The translations under genes and the position numbers were made by a program. The notes beneath the pieces were generated by a model that worked only from the letters and a program-made list of their open reading frames with translations, did not search any database and had not been told where the DNA came from. A stretch of 64,000 bases of DNA from Desulfobacteraceae bacterium (GTDB lineage: Bacteria; Desulfobacterota; Desulfobacteria; Desulfobacterales; Desulfosarcinaceae), in contig JBNKDU010000124.1 of NCBI GenBank assembly GCA_050288425.1, forward strand, positions 48,711-112,710, read 5' to 3'. Below, piece by piece: positions 54,698 to 62,918 of the stretch (the stretch's first letter is position 1; each line of letters opens with the position of its first letter).

Positions 54698-55735
54698 TTA
54701 CGAATCGGCGGCCCTGGTGTCGATCCAGCGGGTCAGCTCTTCGATGGCGATATCCTTTACGACCGCCTTGCCGATGCCATCCAGGAGAACGAATTTTATC
54801 AGGTCGCTGTGACGTTTCTTGTCCTTGCCCACGGCATCGATGACCGCCCGGGGATTGAATTCGATCCGGGTGGGCAGGTTCAGGCGGGTCAGCAGTTCCT
54901 GAATGCGCCGGGACTGCTCATCCGATAGCAGTCCATGTTCCCGCGACAGATCGGCGGCCAGCACCATGCCCGCGCTGACGGCGGCGCCATGGGAGAGCCC
55001 CAATGTCTTCTCCAGTGCATGTCCGACGGTATGGCCGAAGTTGAGCTTGCGCCGTTCGCCGGCCTCCTGTTCATCCTTGTTGACCACATCGGCCTTGATG
55101 ACCACCGAATCATGGACCAGCTTGTGGATCACCTCCGGATCGAGGCGTTGGATGGCGTCGGCATGATGTTCGATGAACTCGAAATAGCCGGCATCGGCAA
55201 TGCAGGCGTGTTTGACGATCTCTGCCAGACCACAGGCCAATTCTTCTTTCGGCAGGGTCGCCAGCAGCTGGATATCGGCGATGACGAACTGGGGCTGGTT
55301 GAAGACGCCCACCATATTCTTATAGCCTTTGAAATTGACGCCGTTTTTGCCGCCCACGCTGGCATCCACCTGGGCCAGCAGCGTGGTGGCCACGAACCCG
55401 AATCCCAGTCCGCGCATATAGGTGGAGGCGGCGAAGCCGGTAATGTCGCCGACGATGCCGCCGCCGATGCCCACAATGAAGGTGGCGCGGTCGGCTTCCA
55501 TGGAGATGAGTTGGGCGAAGATTTCTTCCAGCGTGGCCAGGGTCTTGATTCTTTCCCCCATGCCGATGGTGATGATATCCCCGCCGGGAAGCTGGTCTTT
55601 GTAGAGGCGGGCGACATTCTCATCGGTGATGATCACCGTCCGGCCGGGGGGCAGATGGTTGCCCAGGTTGGCCAGGGTCTCGCCGATCATGATATGGGAG
55701 CGGCCGGTCTGGCCTTCTACGACAATGGATTGCAT
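54698..55735 (-). CDS. aroB: 3-dehydroquinate synthase
   Basis: ATG at 55735 (MQSIVVEGQTGRSHIMIG). GGGIVGDITGFAASTYMRGL, KNGVN, and FGHTVGHALE motifs. Confidence 0.9.
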   Translation of the reverse strand: MQSIVVEGQTGRSHIMIGETLANLGNHLPPGRTVIITDENVARLYKDQLPGGDIITIGMGERIKTLATLEEIFAQLISMEADRATFIVGIGGGIVGDITGFAASTYMRGLGFGFVATTLLAQVDASVGGKNGVNFKGYKNMVGVFNQPQFVIADIQLLATLPKEELACGLAEIVKHACIADAGYFEFIEHHADAIQRLDPEVIHKLVHDSVVIKADVVNKDEQEAGERRKLNFGHTVGHALEKTLGLSHGAAVSAGMVLAADLSREHGLLSDEQSRRIQELLTRLNLPTRIEFNPRAVIDAVGKDKKRHSDLIKFVLLDGIGKAVVKDIAIEELTRWIDTRAADS

Positions 55736-55740
55736 GGGAA

Positions 55741-56757
55741 TCACCTGATGGTTGAATGTTCCAGTGCATGTATCGCCTTGGCGTACTTGCACAAGGCCGT
55801 GAACTGTTCGGGATAGAGGGATTGGGCCCCGTCGCTCAACGCCGTCTCCGGTGCATGGTGGACTTCCACCATCAGGCCGTGGGCTCCCACGGCCACCGCG
55901 GCCCGGCTCAATGGGATCACCTGGTCACGGTGTCCGGATGCGTGACTGGGGTCGATGACGATGGGCAAATGGCTTTCCCGGCGGATCACCGGCACGGCGG
56001 AGAGATCCAGGGTGTTGCGACTGTGGCGTGCGAAGGTGCGCACGCCGCGTTCGCACAAGATGACCTGCGGATTGCCCTCGGACAGGATATATTCGGCAGC
56101 CATCAACCACTCGTCCAGGGTGGCCGACATGCCCCGTTTGAGCAATACGGGTCGCTTTGACTGGCCGGCGCGTTTCAACAGGCTGTAGTTCTGCATGTTG
56201 CGGGTGCCGATCTGCAGGATGTCGGCGTAGGCCTCCACCAGGTCGAAGGTTTCGGTGTCCATGACTTCCGTGACCACCGGCAGGCCGAACGTGTCGCGAA
56301 CCTTGGCCAGGATCCTGAGGCCGTCTTCGCCCATGCCTTGAAAGGTGTAAGGCGATGTACGCGGCTTGAATGCACCTCCGCGGAACAGGTTGGCACCGGC
56401 GGTCTTCACCTTTTCGGCGATGGTCATGGCCTGCTCCTCGCTTTCGATGGCGCAGGGTCCGGCGATGAGGGCCAGCTCTCCCCCGCCGATGGTAACGCCT
56501 CCCACACGCACCCGGGTGTCCTCGGGTTTGACCTCCCGACTCACCAACTTGTAGGGCCGGGTCACCGGAATGGCTTCCTTGACTCCGGGCAGTCCCATGA
56601 ACAGGGTCTGATCCACCGGCCCCTTGTTATTGAGGATTCCGATGGAGACCCGGTCGCCTCCGGGGATCGGCCGGGCGGTCATGCCCCGGGCTTCGATTGT
56701 CTGCACGACCATGTCGATCTGTTCGGGGGTCGCCTCCCGATTCATCACCACCAGCAT
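55741..56757 (-). CDS. aroF: 3-deoxy-7-phosphoheptulonate (DAHP) synthase, type I-beta with an N-terminal regulatory domain
   Basis: 338 aa. N-terminal ferredoxin-like domain MLVVMNREATPEQIDMVVQTIEARG, then GPCAIESEEQ, KPRTSPYTFQG, LCERG, and DPSHASG. Confidence 0.88.
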   Translation of the reverse strand: MLVVMNREATPEQIDMVVQTIEARGMTARPIPGGDRVSIGILNNKGPVDQTLFMGLPGVKEAIPVTRPYKLVSREVKPEDTRVRVGGVTIGGGELALIAGPCAIESEEQAMTIAEKVKTAGANLFRGGAFKPRTSPYTFQGMGEDGLRILAKVRDTFGLPVVTEVMDTETFDLVEAYADILQIGTRNMQNYSLLKRAGQSKRPVLLKRGMSATLDEWLMAAEYILSEGNPQVILCERGVRTFARHSRNTLDLSAVPVIRRESHLPIVIDPSHASGHRDQVIPLSRAAVAVGAHGLMVEVHHAPETALSDGAQSLYPEQFTALCKYAKAIHALEHSTIR

Positions 56758-56867
56758 ATTACGTCCTCCTTGGTATGAGTTGTTCTATCCACTTTAAAAC
56801 GAAACAATCAAATAAAAAAAACCTTGACGATGGTCCCATTCTATTCGTAAAGGAGTGGTTCAAAAGG

Positions 56868-56966
56868 ATGATCAATATGCTGATTCAACAAAAACTACGG
56901 ATTCGAAACGGATGGTGGCGCTGGTGGCCCGGGTGCGCCTTGGGAGCCTTGCCGTCTGATCGATAA
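56868..56966 (+). CDS. Candidate trp-operon leader peptide (32 aa, four Trp codons)
   Basis: ATG at 56868, with an in-frame ATG at 56877, after AAGGAG (56850-56855). Encodes MINMLIQQKLRIRNGWWRWWPGCALGALPSDR, with TGG TGG CGC TGG TGG at 56913-56927 and stop TAA at 56964-56966. Lies 180 nt upstream of trpE and is followed by terminator-like hairpins. Confidence 0.6.
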   Translation: MINMLIQQKLRIRNGWWRWWPGCALGALPSDR

Positions 56967-56981
56967 ATCGCAGAATGTTTC

Positions 56982-57058
56982 AAGGACCGTGGGCGCACAT
57001 CATATGCCCCGGTCCTTTTCGTTGAGGGTCGTGGGTAAGTCGCCGCGACCCTTTTTGC
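56982..57058 (+). promoter_or_regulatory. Candidate transcription attenuator: two tandem terminator-like hairpins before trpE
   Basis: Hairpin A: AAGGACCG(T)GGGC...GCCCCGGTCCTT followed by TTCGTT (56982-57020). Hairpin B: AGGGTCGTGG-GTAAGTCG-CCGCGACCCT followed by TTTTGCG (57025-57058). No + strand gene other than the leader ORF ends upstream of them. Confidence 0.5.
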
Positions 57059-57145
57059 GTTCTGGCTCGCTGCTTCCCATTTTATGCCGCCGCCGCGTCT
57101 GTCTGCGGCGACTGCCTTGATGAAGACCGAACAAAGGAGCAATCG

Positions 57146-58645
57146 ATGTTGATTCGCAAATTTCCCGACCGTGAACGCTTCGAAGAGTTGTCCCGGGATC
57201 ACAATGTGGTGCCGGTCTGCGTGGAGATCCTGGCCGATATGGAAACGCCGGTATCGCTGCTCGCCAAGCTTTACCGAAACCAGGGGCCCCTGTTTCTGCT
57301 GGAGAGCGTGGAGGGGGGGGAAAAATGGGGCCGTTACAGCTTCCTGGGCACATCGGCCCGGGCCTCGGTGGAGATTTTCCAGGATACCGTGGTCCTGGAT
57401 TCCAACGGACGCCGGGAGACCGTCGCCCATGATCAGGATCCGCTGGGCGTGCTGAAATCTTTCATGGAACGCTACAAGGCGGTCCAGTTGCCGGAGCTTC
57501 CCCGCTTCTGGGGCGGCCTGGTGGGCTACCTGACCTATGAAATGGTCTCCTTTTTCGAACGCATCCCCAATCCATTGCCCGCCGATCGCCCCATGGCCCG
57601 ATTTGTTCTGCCTGAGGAGCTCCTGATTTTCGACAACATCCAGAATACGCTGATGTGCATTGCCGTCGGCTTTCTGGATGGCCCGGATTCGGCCGGCGAG
57701 GTTTATGATGCTGCCTGCCGGCGCCTGGAGCGGTTGCAGGCCCTGATCAATACGCCGTTGGCCGAAGGCCAGAGCGCCCTGTCCACCAGCGGGCATACGG
57801 TCCGCTCGCCCATCGGCGAGGAAGCCTTCCGGAAGAAGGTGGTCAAGGTAAAGGAATATATTCGGGAAGGCGACATCATCCAGGCCGTGATTTCCCAGCC
57901 GTTCCGTTGCCCGGCCCCGGAAGATGTCCTGGCCCTCTACCGGGCCCAGCGCTACATCAACCCGTCGCCCTACCTCTTCTTCATGCACCTGGGCGACACG
58001 GCCCTGGCCGGCTCCTCGCCGGAAACCATGGTGCGTCTGGAAAACAACGTGGCCACCCTGCGGCCCATCGCCGGCACCCGTCCGCGGGGTTCCTCCGAGC
58101 AGCAGGACCGCGATCTGGCCGACGAAATGCTGGGCGATGAAAAGGAGCGCGCCGAACACCTGATGCTGGTGGATCTGGGGCGCAACGACCTGGGCCGTGT
58201 GGCGCGAACCGGTACGGTGCAGGTCACCGATCTCATGGTGGTGGAGCGCTACTCCCACGTGATGCACCTGGTATCCAACATCATCTGCGATCTCAAGCCC
58301 GAGCATGACGCCTGGGACCTGCTCCGGGCCACTTTCCCCGCCGGCACCCTTTCGGGAGCGCCGAAAGTGCGGGCCATGGAGATCATCGCCGAGATGGAGG
58401 AATCTCCGCGCGGTCCCTACGGCGGCGCCGTGGGGTACATCTCCTTCACCGGCAACATGGATCTGGCCATCACCATCCGCACGGCCATCGTAGAGGACGG
58501 CCTTCTCACCGTGCGCGCTGGCGCCGGCATCGTGGCCGATTCCGACCCCGAGCGCGAGCGTCAGGAAACGGTGAACAAGGCCAAATCGGTTCAAAAAGCG
58601 CTGCAATTGTCACAGGCTCCGCAGGACAAGGAGGTGGCGTCATGA
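57146..58645 (+). CDS. trpE: Anthranilate synthase component I
   Basis: 499 aa. LLESVEGGEKWGRYSF, IAGTRPRG, LSGAPKVRAMEII, and RGPYGGAVGY. Confidence 0.95.
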   Translation: MLIRKFPDRERFEELSRDHNVVPVCVEILADMETPVSLLAKLYRNQGPLFLLESVEGGEKWGRYSFLGTSARASVEIFQDTVVLDSNGRRETVAHDQDPLGVLKSFMERYKAVQLPELPRFWGGLVGYLTYEMVSFFERIPNPLPADRPMARFVLPEELLIFDNIQNTLMCIAVGFLDGPDSAGEVYDAACRRLERLQALINTPLAEGQSALSTSGHTVRSPIGEEAFRKKVVKVKEYIREGDIIQAVISQPFRCPAPEDVLALYRAQRYINPSPYLFFMHLGDTALAGSSPETMVRLENNVATLRPIAGTRPRGSSEQQDRDLADEMLGDEKERAEHLMLVDLGRNDLGRVARTGTVQVTDLMVVERYSHVMHLVSNIICDLKPEHDAWDLLRATFPAGTLSGAPKVRAMEIIAEMEESPRGPYGGAVGYISFTGNMDLAITIRTAIVEDGLLTVRAGAGIVADSDPERERQETVNKAKSVQKALQLSQAPQDKEVAS

Positions 58646-59238
58646 TTCTGATGCTCGACAACTACGATTCCTTTACCTATAACCTGGTTCAGTATATCGA
58701 AGAGATCGGCCGGCCGGTGCGCGTGGTGCGCAACGACGTCATGACCGTCGATGAACTGGAGGCCTTGCATCCCGGCGCCCTGGTCATTTCACCGGGGCCG
58801 GGGCGCCCCGAAGATGCCGGCGTTACCATAGAAGCCATCCGGCACTTCGCGGGCAAGCTGCCCATCCTGGGCGTCTGCCTGGGGCATCAGGCCATTGCCC
58901 AGGCGTACGGCGGCAGGATCGTGGGGGCCGCACGCCTGATGCACGGCAAGACCTCATCGGTGGAGAGCGACGGCCGGGGGGTCTTCCAGGGGGTGAAGAA
59001 AGCCTTCCAGGCCATGCGCTACCATTCACTGGTGGTGGCGCGGGACGGCCTGCCCGACGATTTGATGATCACCGCGACCTCGGACGACGGCGAGATCATG
59101 GGACTGCGGCACAAAACCCATGTCATCGAAGGCATCCAGTTTCACCCCGAGTCCATCATGACCACCATCGGCAAGCGGCTGCTGCGCAATTTCGTGAACA
59201 TGATGGATGGTGAACAAAAGAACCCGGGAACAGAATAA
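58642..59238 (+). CDS. trpG: Anthranilate synthase component II (glutamine amidotransferase)
   Basis: 198 aa. ATGA overlap with trpE. LGVCLGHQAI (catalytic Cys) and FHPES. Confidence 0.93.
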   Translation: MILMLDNYDSFTYNLVQYIEEIGRPVRVVRNDVMTVDELEALHPGALVISPGPGRPEDAGVTIEAIRHFAGKLPILGVCLGHQAIAQAYGGRIVGAARLMHGKTSSVESDGRGVFQGVKKAFQAMRYHSLVVARDGLPDDLMITATSDDGEIMGLRHKTHVIEGIQFHPESIMTTIGKRLLRNFVNMMDGEQKNPGTE

Positions 59239-59248
59239 GGAGATTGTC

Positions 59249-60265
59249 ATGTTTCGCGACCTATTGTCCCAGATCATCCAGCGCCAGAATCTTTCCGAAT
59301 CCCAGATGGCCGACATGATGAATATCGTGCTCACCGGCCAGGCCACCGAAGCCCAGATCGGCGCCATGATGGCGGCTTTGGCCACCAAAGGGGAGACCTT
59401 TGCCGAACTGGCCGGGGCGGCGCGTGCCATGCGGAACAACGCCCGCCGCATCCAGGCCACGGGAACGCCGGTGGTGGACACCTGCGGCACCGGGGGCGAC
59501 GGAGCCCAGACCTTCAACATCTCCACCACCACCGCCTTCGTCGTGGCCGGCGCCGGTGTCACGGTGGCCAAGCACGGTAACCGCAGCGTTTCCAGCAAAT
59601 GCGGCAGCGCCGATGTGCTCGAAGCCCTGGGGGTCAAGCTCGACACGCCGCCGGAAATCGTCGAGGAGGCCATCCAGGAAATCGGCATCGGGTTCATGTT
59701 CGCGCCCCTCTATCACAGCGCCATGAAGTATGCCGTCAAACCACGCAAAGAGCTGGCCGTGCGGTCCATATTCAATATGCTGGGTCCCCTGACCAATCCG
59801 GCTTCGGCCGGTTGTCAGCTGTTGGGGGTGTTCGCCCCCCAGCTTACCGAGATGTTCGCCGAGGCCCTCAAACTGCTGGGCGGCCACTCCGCCATGGTGG
59901 TTCATGGCCATGACGGCCTGGACGAGATCAGCGTCTGCGCCCCGACCCGGGTGAGTGAACTCAAAGACGGGACGGTGCGCACCTATGACATCGATCCTGC
60001 GCAGTACTTCGGCGGCCTGGCCGCCGCCGGGGATCTGGCCGGCGGAGATGTCGAGGAAAACGCCGCCATCATCCGGGATATCCTCGACGGCCGGCCCGGT
60101 GCGAGGCGCGATGTGGTTCTGATCAATGCCGGCGCCGCGCTCATGGCCGCGGGCAAGGCCCGGGACCTGAAAACCGGCATCGAAATGGCCTCGGAATCCA
60201 TCGAAGAGGGCCGGGCCCGGGAGAAGCTGGCGGCGCTCGTCGACTATACCCGGGAAAACGGATAG
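59249..60265 (+). CDS. trpD: Anthranilate phosphoribosyltransferase
   Basis: ATG at 59249 after AAGGAG. DTCGTGGDGAQTFNISTT and KHGNRSVSSKCGSADVLEALG. Confidence 0.93.
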   Translation: MFRDLLSQIIQRQNLSESQMADMMNIVLTGQATEAQIGAMMAALATKGETFAELAGAARAMRNNARRIQATGTPVVDTCGTGGDGAQTFNISTTTAFVVAGAGVTVAKHGNRSVSSKCGSADVLEALGVKLDTPPEIVEEAIQEIGIGFMFAPLYHSAMKYAVKPRKELAVRSIFNMLGPLTNPASAGCQLLGVFAPQLTEMFAEALKLLGGHSAMVVHGHDGLDEISVCAPTRVSELKDGTVRTYDIDPAQYFGGLAAAGDLAGGDVEENAAIIRDILDGRPGARRDVVLINAGAALMAAGKARDLKTGIEMASESIEEGRAREKLAALVDYTRENG

Positions 60266-60309
60266 CGCCTTCCCATCGCCTCGCCGGATTCACGAGGAGC
60301 GCCCGTACC

Positions 60310-61107
60310 ATGACCATACTCGATCGCATCGTCGCCGACAAAAGGGCCGAAGTGGCCGACAACCGAAAGCGCGTCCCCCTGGAGCGGTTGCAGGCCTACA
60401 TCGCGACCACCCCCTGGGCGGCGCGCGGCTTTTATGGCCGCTTGATGACCCCGGGGCCGGGAGGGGCGAACGTCATCGCCGAAGTAAAGCGGGCATCCCC
60501 CTCCAAGGGGATGATCTGCGAAGACCTGCAGGCCGGAATTTGCGCCGCTTCCTATGAGGCCGGCGGTGCGGCCGCAATCTCGGTACTCACCGATGGACCC
60601 TATTTCCGGGGCTCCCTGGCCGACTTGCGACAGGTACGCCGGAGTGTGGATCTGCCGGTCCTGCGCAAGGAGTTCATCATCGACGAATACCAGGTCTTCG
60701 AATCGCGGGCCGCCGGCGCGGATGCCATCTTGCTCATCGCCCGCATTCTCGAACCCGGACTCCTGTCGGATCTGCTCGCCCTGACCCACGAGCAGGGGAT
60801 GGATGCCCTGGTGGAGATCCACGACACCGCGGATTACGATGCGGCCCACCGGGCCGGCGCCCGGTTGATCGGAATCAACAACCGCAACCTGGCTACCTTC
60901 GACACCGACATCGGCACGGCCATGACCCTGGCCGAAATGCTCCAACCCGGTGAAGTTCCGGTGGCGGCCAGCGGCATCGGCAGCCGCGAAGATGTCGAAC
61001 GCAATCTGCGTAAAGGGGTTTTCAATTTCCTCATCGGCGAAAGCCTGGTGCGGTCCGATAACCGTGCGGCCATGCTGCGCCGGCTGATTCATGGCGAGGA
61101 AGGATGA
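60310..61107 (+). CDS. trpC: Indole-3-glycerol-phosphate synthase
   Basis: 265 aa. IAEVKRASPSKG, LRKEFIIDEYQ, GINNRNLATF. Confidence 0.92.
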   Translation: MTILDRIVADKRAEVADNRKRVPLERLQAYIATTPWAARGFYGRLMTPGPGGANVIAEVKRASPSKGMICEDLQAGICAASYEAGGAAAISVLTDGPYFRGSLADLRQVRRSVDLPVLRKEFIIDEYQVFESRAAGADAILLIARILEPGLLSDLLALTHEQGMDALVEIHDTADYDAAHRAGARLIGINNRNLATFDTDIGTAMTLAEMLQPGEVPVAASGIGSREDVERNLRKGVFNFLIGESLVRSDNRAAMLRRLIHGEEG

Positions 61108-61120
61108 TCGCGGGAGGCGG

Positions 61121-61807
61121 ATGAGAACTGACCCTGAACATCCCCAGATCAAGGTGTGCGGGCTGACCCAGCCGGACGAGGCCCGGGCCGTGGCCGACCT
61201 CGGCGCCGATGCCGTCGGACTGGTCTTCTACCCCAGGAGCCCACGCAACGTGACCGTTGACCGGGCCGCCGCCATTGCGGCCGCCCTGCCGGCCAGCGTG
61301 GCGGCGGTGGCCGTGGTCGTCGATCCCACGCTGGAGCGCCTGGTGCGGATCGTGGGCGAGTGCGGCGTGAAGACGATCCAGCTTCACGGCTCGGAGGCCC
61401 CCGGCTTCATTGCCGCGGCAAAGGAGACCCTGGACGTGCGCGTGGTCAAGGTCCTCTTTACCCACCGGACCCCCACCTTGGCCGAAGCCGACGATTATGC
61501 CGTGGACGCCTATCTGGTGGAGTGTGGCCGGGGAAGTCTGCCCGGCGGCAATGCGGCTGTCTGGGACTGGTCCCTCACCAAGGGCTTTGCCCGGTCCCAT
61601 CCCATGGCCCTGGCCGGCGGCCTGGATCCGGCCAACGTGACCGAGGCGATTTCCGCCTGCCTGCCCGCGGCCGTGGATGCCAGCTCTGGCCTGGAAGCCG
61701 CTCCGGGGCGCAAGGACCTGGCCAAGGTGGAGCGCTTCATCGCCCGGGTGCGATCCACTGCGCACCTGTATGAAGATCGATGGGGAGTGGTCCAACCGGT
61801 ATTCTGA
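61121..61807 (+). CDS. trpF: Phosphoribosylanthranilate isomerase
   Basis: ATG at 61121 after GGGAGG. IKVCGLTQPDEA, GADAVGLVFYPRSPR, LAGGL. Confidence 0.88.
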   Translation: MRTDPEHPQIKVCGLTQPDEARAVADLGADAVGLVFYPRSPRNVTVDRAAAIAAALPASVAAVAVVVDPTLERLVRIVGECGVKTIQLHGSEAPGFIAAAKETLDVRVVKVLFTHRTPTLAEADDYAVDAYLVECGRGSLPGGNAAVWDWSLTKGFARSHPMALAGGLDPANVTEAISACLPAAVDASSGLEAAPGRKDLAKVERFIARVRSTAHLYEDRWGVVQPVF

Positions 61808-61904
61808 TGGTTCCTTTTCCGAGGACCATATGCTTTGCCTTTGGCGGACCCCTATAGTATGATGCCGCCAATCCATCGTTAATGACCCGAATCGCGGAGT
61901 CGCC

Positions 61905-62420
61905 ATGAGCGCAGAGAAAAAAGAACACGCATCCATCGAGATTTTGAAGGAAGCCATCCTGCTGGAGCGGCGCGGCCACGCATTTTATCGCAAGGTGGCC
62001 GAGGAGGCCGCCGACAATTCGGTGCGTGAGTTCTTTGATACCATGGCCCGGGAAGAGCTCCAGCATATCGAAATTCTGGAAACCCAGTTCAGCGCCTTTG
62101 TCCAGAGCAATGAATTCGAATCCATCGATCCCCGGCCCATCGAAACTCCGCCCCAGGTCCACCCGGTCTTGAACGACGCCGTAAAAAAACGCATCGCGGC
62201 GGCCGATTTCGAAGCCGCGGCCATCTCGGCCGCCATGCTCATGGAGGAGCGGGCCATTGCCCTTTACAGTCAGCGGGCCGACGCCGCCACGGATCCGGCG
62301 GAAGAAGTACTCTACCGCTGGCTGGCCGAGTGGGAGCAGAATCACCTGGCCTCCTTGGTCTCCCTGGACAAGGAGATCAAGGAGGCCATCTGGAACGATC
62401 AGCAGTTCTGGCCGTTTTAG
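61905..62420 (+). CDS. Ferritin-like/rubrerythrin-type di-iron domain protein
   Basis: 171 aa. ILLERRGHAFYRKVAEEA and REELQHIEILE (ExxH), plus a second half with MLMEERAIALY...WLAEWEQNH. Confidence 0.65.
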   Translation: MSAEKKEHASIEILKEAILLERRGHAFYRKVAEEAADNSVREFFDTMAREELQHIEILETQFSAFVQSNEFESIDPRPIETPPQVHPVLNDAVKKRIAAADFEAAAISAAMLMEERAIALYSQRADAATDPAEEVLYRWLAEWEQNHLASLVSLDKEIKEAIWNDQQFWPF

Positions 62421-62468
62421 GGCCCGCGCAAAAATAACTTCCCGTTTTCAAGCGCCGAGGCACCACCT

Positions 62469-62609
62469 TCATTCCGGCCGGCGGCATGCTTCCCGGCATA
62501 CTCGCAAGGCTTCGATGCCCCCCGCCCGTTTACGGGCCGTATAGCGGATAAAGGCCGTTTCGCACGCCTCTTTGCATTGCCCTGCGGTATGGTTGGTATC
62601 CTTCGACAT
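62469..62609 (-). CDS. Possible small Cys-motif protein (46 aa), low confidence
   Basis: ATG at 62609, preceded by GGAGAGG (5-nt spacing). Encodes MSKDTNHTAGQCKEACETAFIRYTARKRAGGIEALRVCREACRRPE, with two Cx3C motifs. Too short for the supplied ORF track; found by hand translation. Confidence 0.3.
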   Translation of the reverse strand: MSKDTNHTAGQCKEACETAFIRYTARKRAGGIEALRVCREACRRPE

Positions 62610-62918
62610 AACGACCTCTCCATGGCTGGTGGGTAAATTCCGAACTGACTAACACTAACCATCGGTGCGATTTCGACAATGCCCTGGATACTCCGAAACC
62701 GGAACGGGCGGGACGACACCGGCCCCCTGCCCGCTTCGCCGGCTACTTCGTTGGGCTGCTTGTAATTGTCCTGCTCCGACCCCGATGAGGGGGTTGACCC
62801 TGCCAAAGGGATCGCCTATATAAGATCATTTTTACCGCTGATGCCGTCGAGACGGCGCGGAAAGCGCATTCAAGGCCCATTGCGCCGATGGGCCGCAGAA
62901 ACAAATTGGGAGAAGGAA

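Noticed and set aside
62417-62806. 129-aa - strand ORF from the track
   Set aside because: The translation is low-complexity (G/R/P/A-rich) and I could find no SD. It spans what looks like intergenic sequence. I prefer either no gene here or the short twin-Cx3C ORF in another frame, itself low-confidence.
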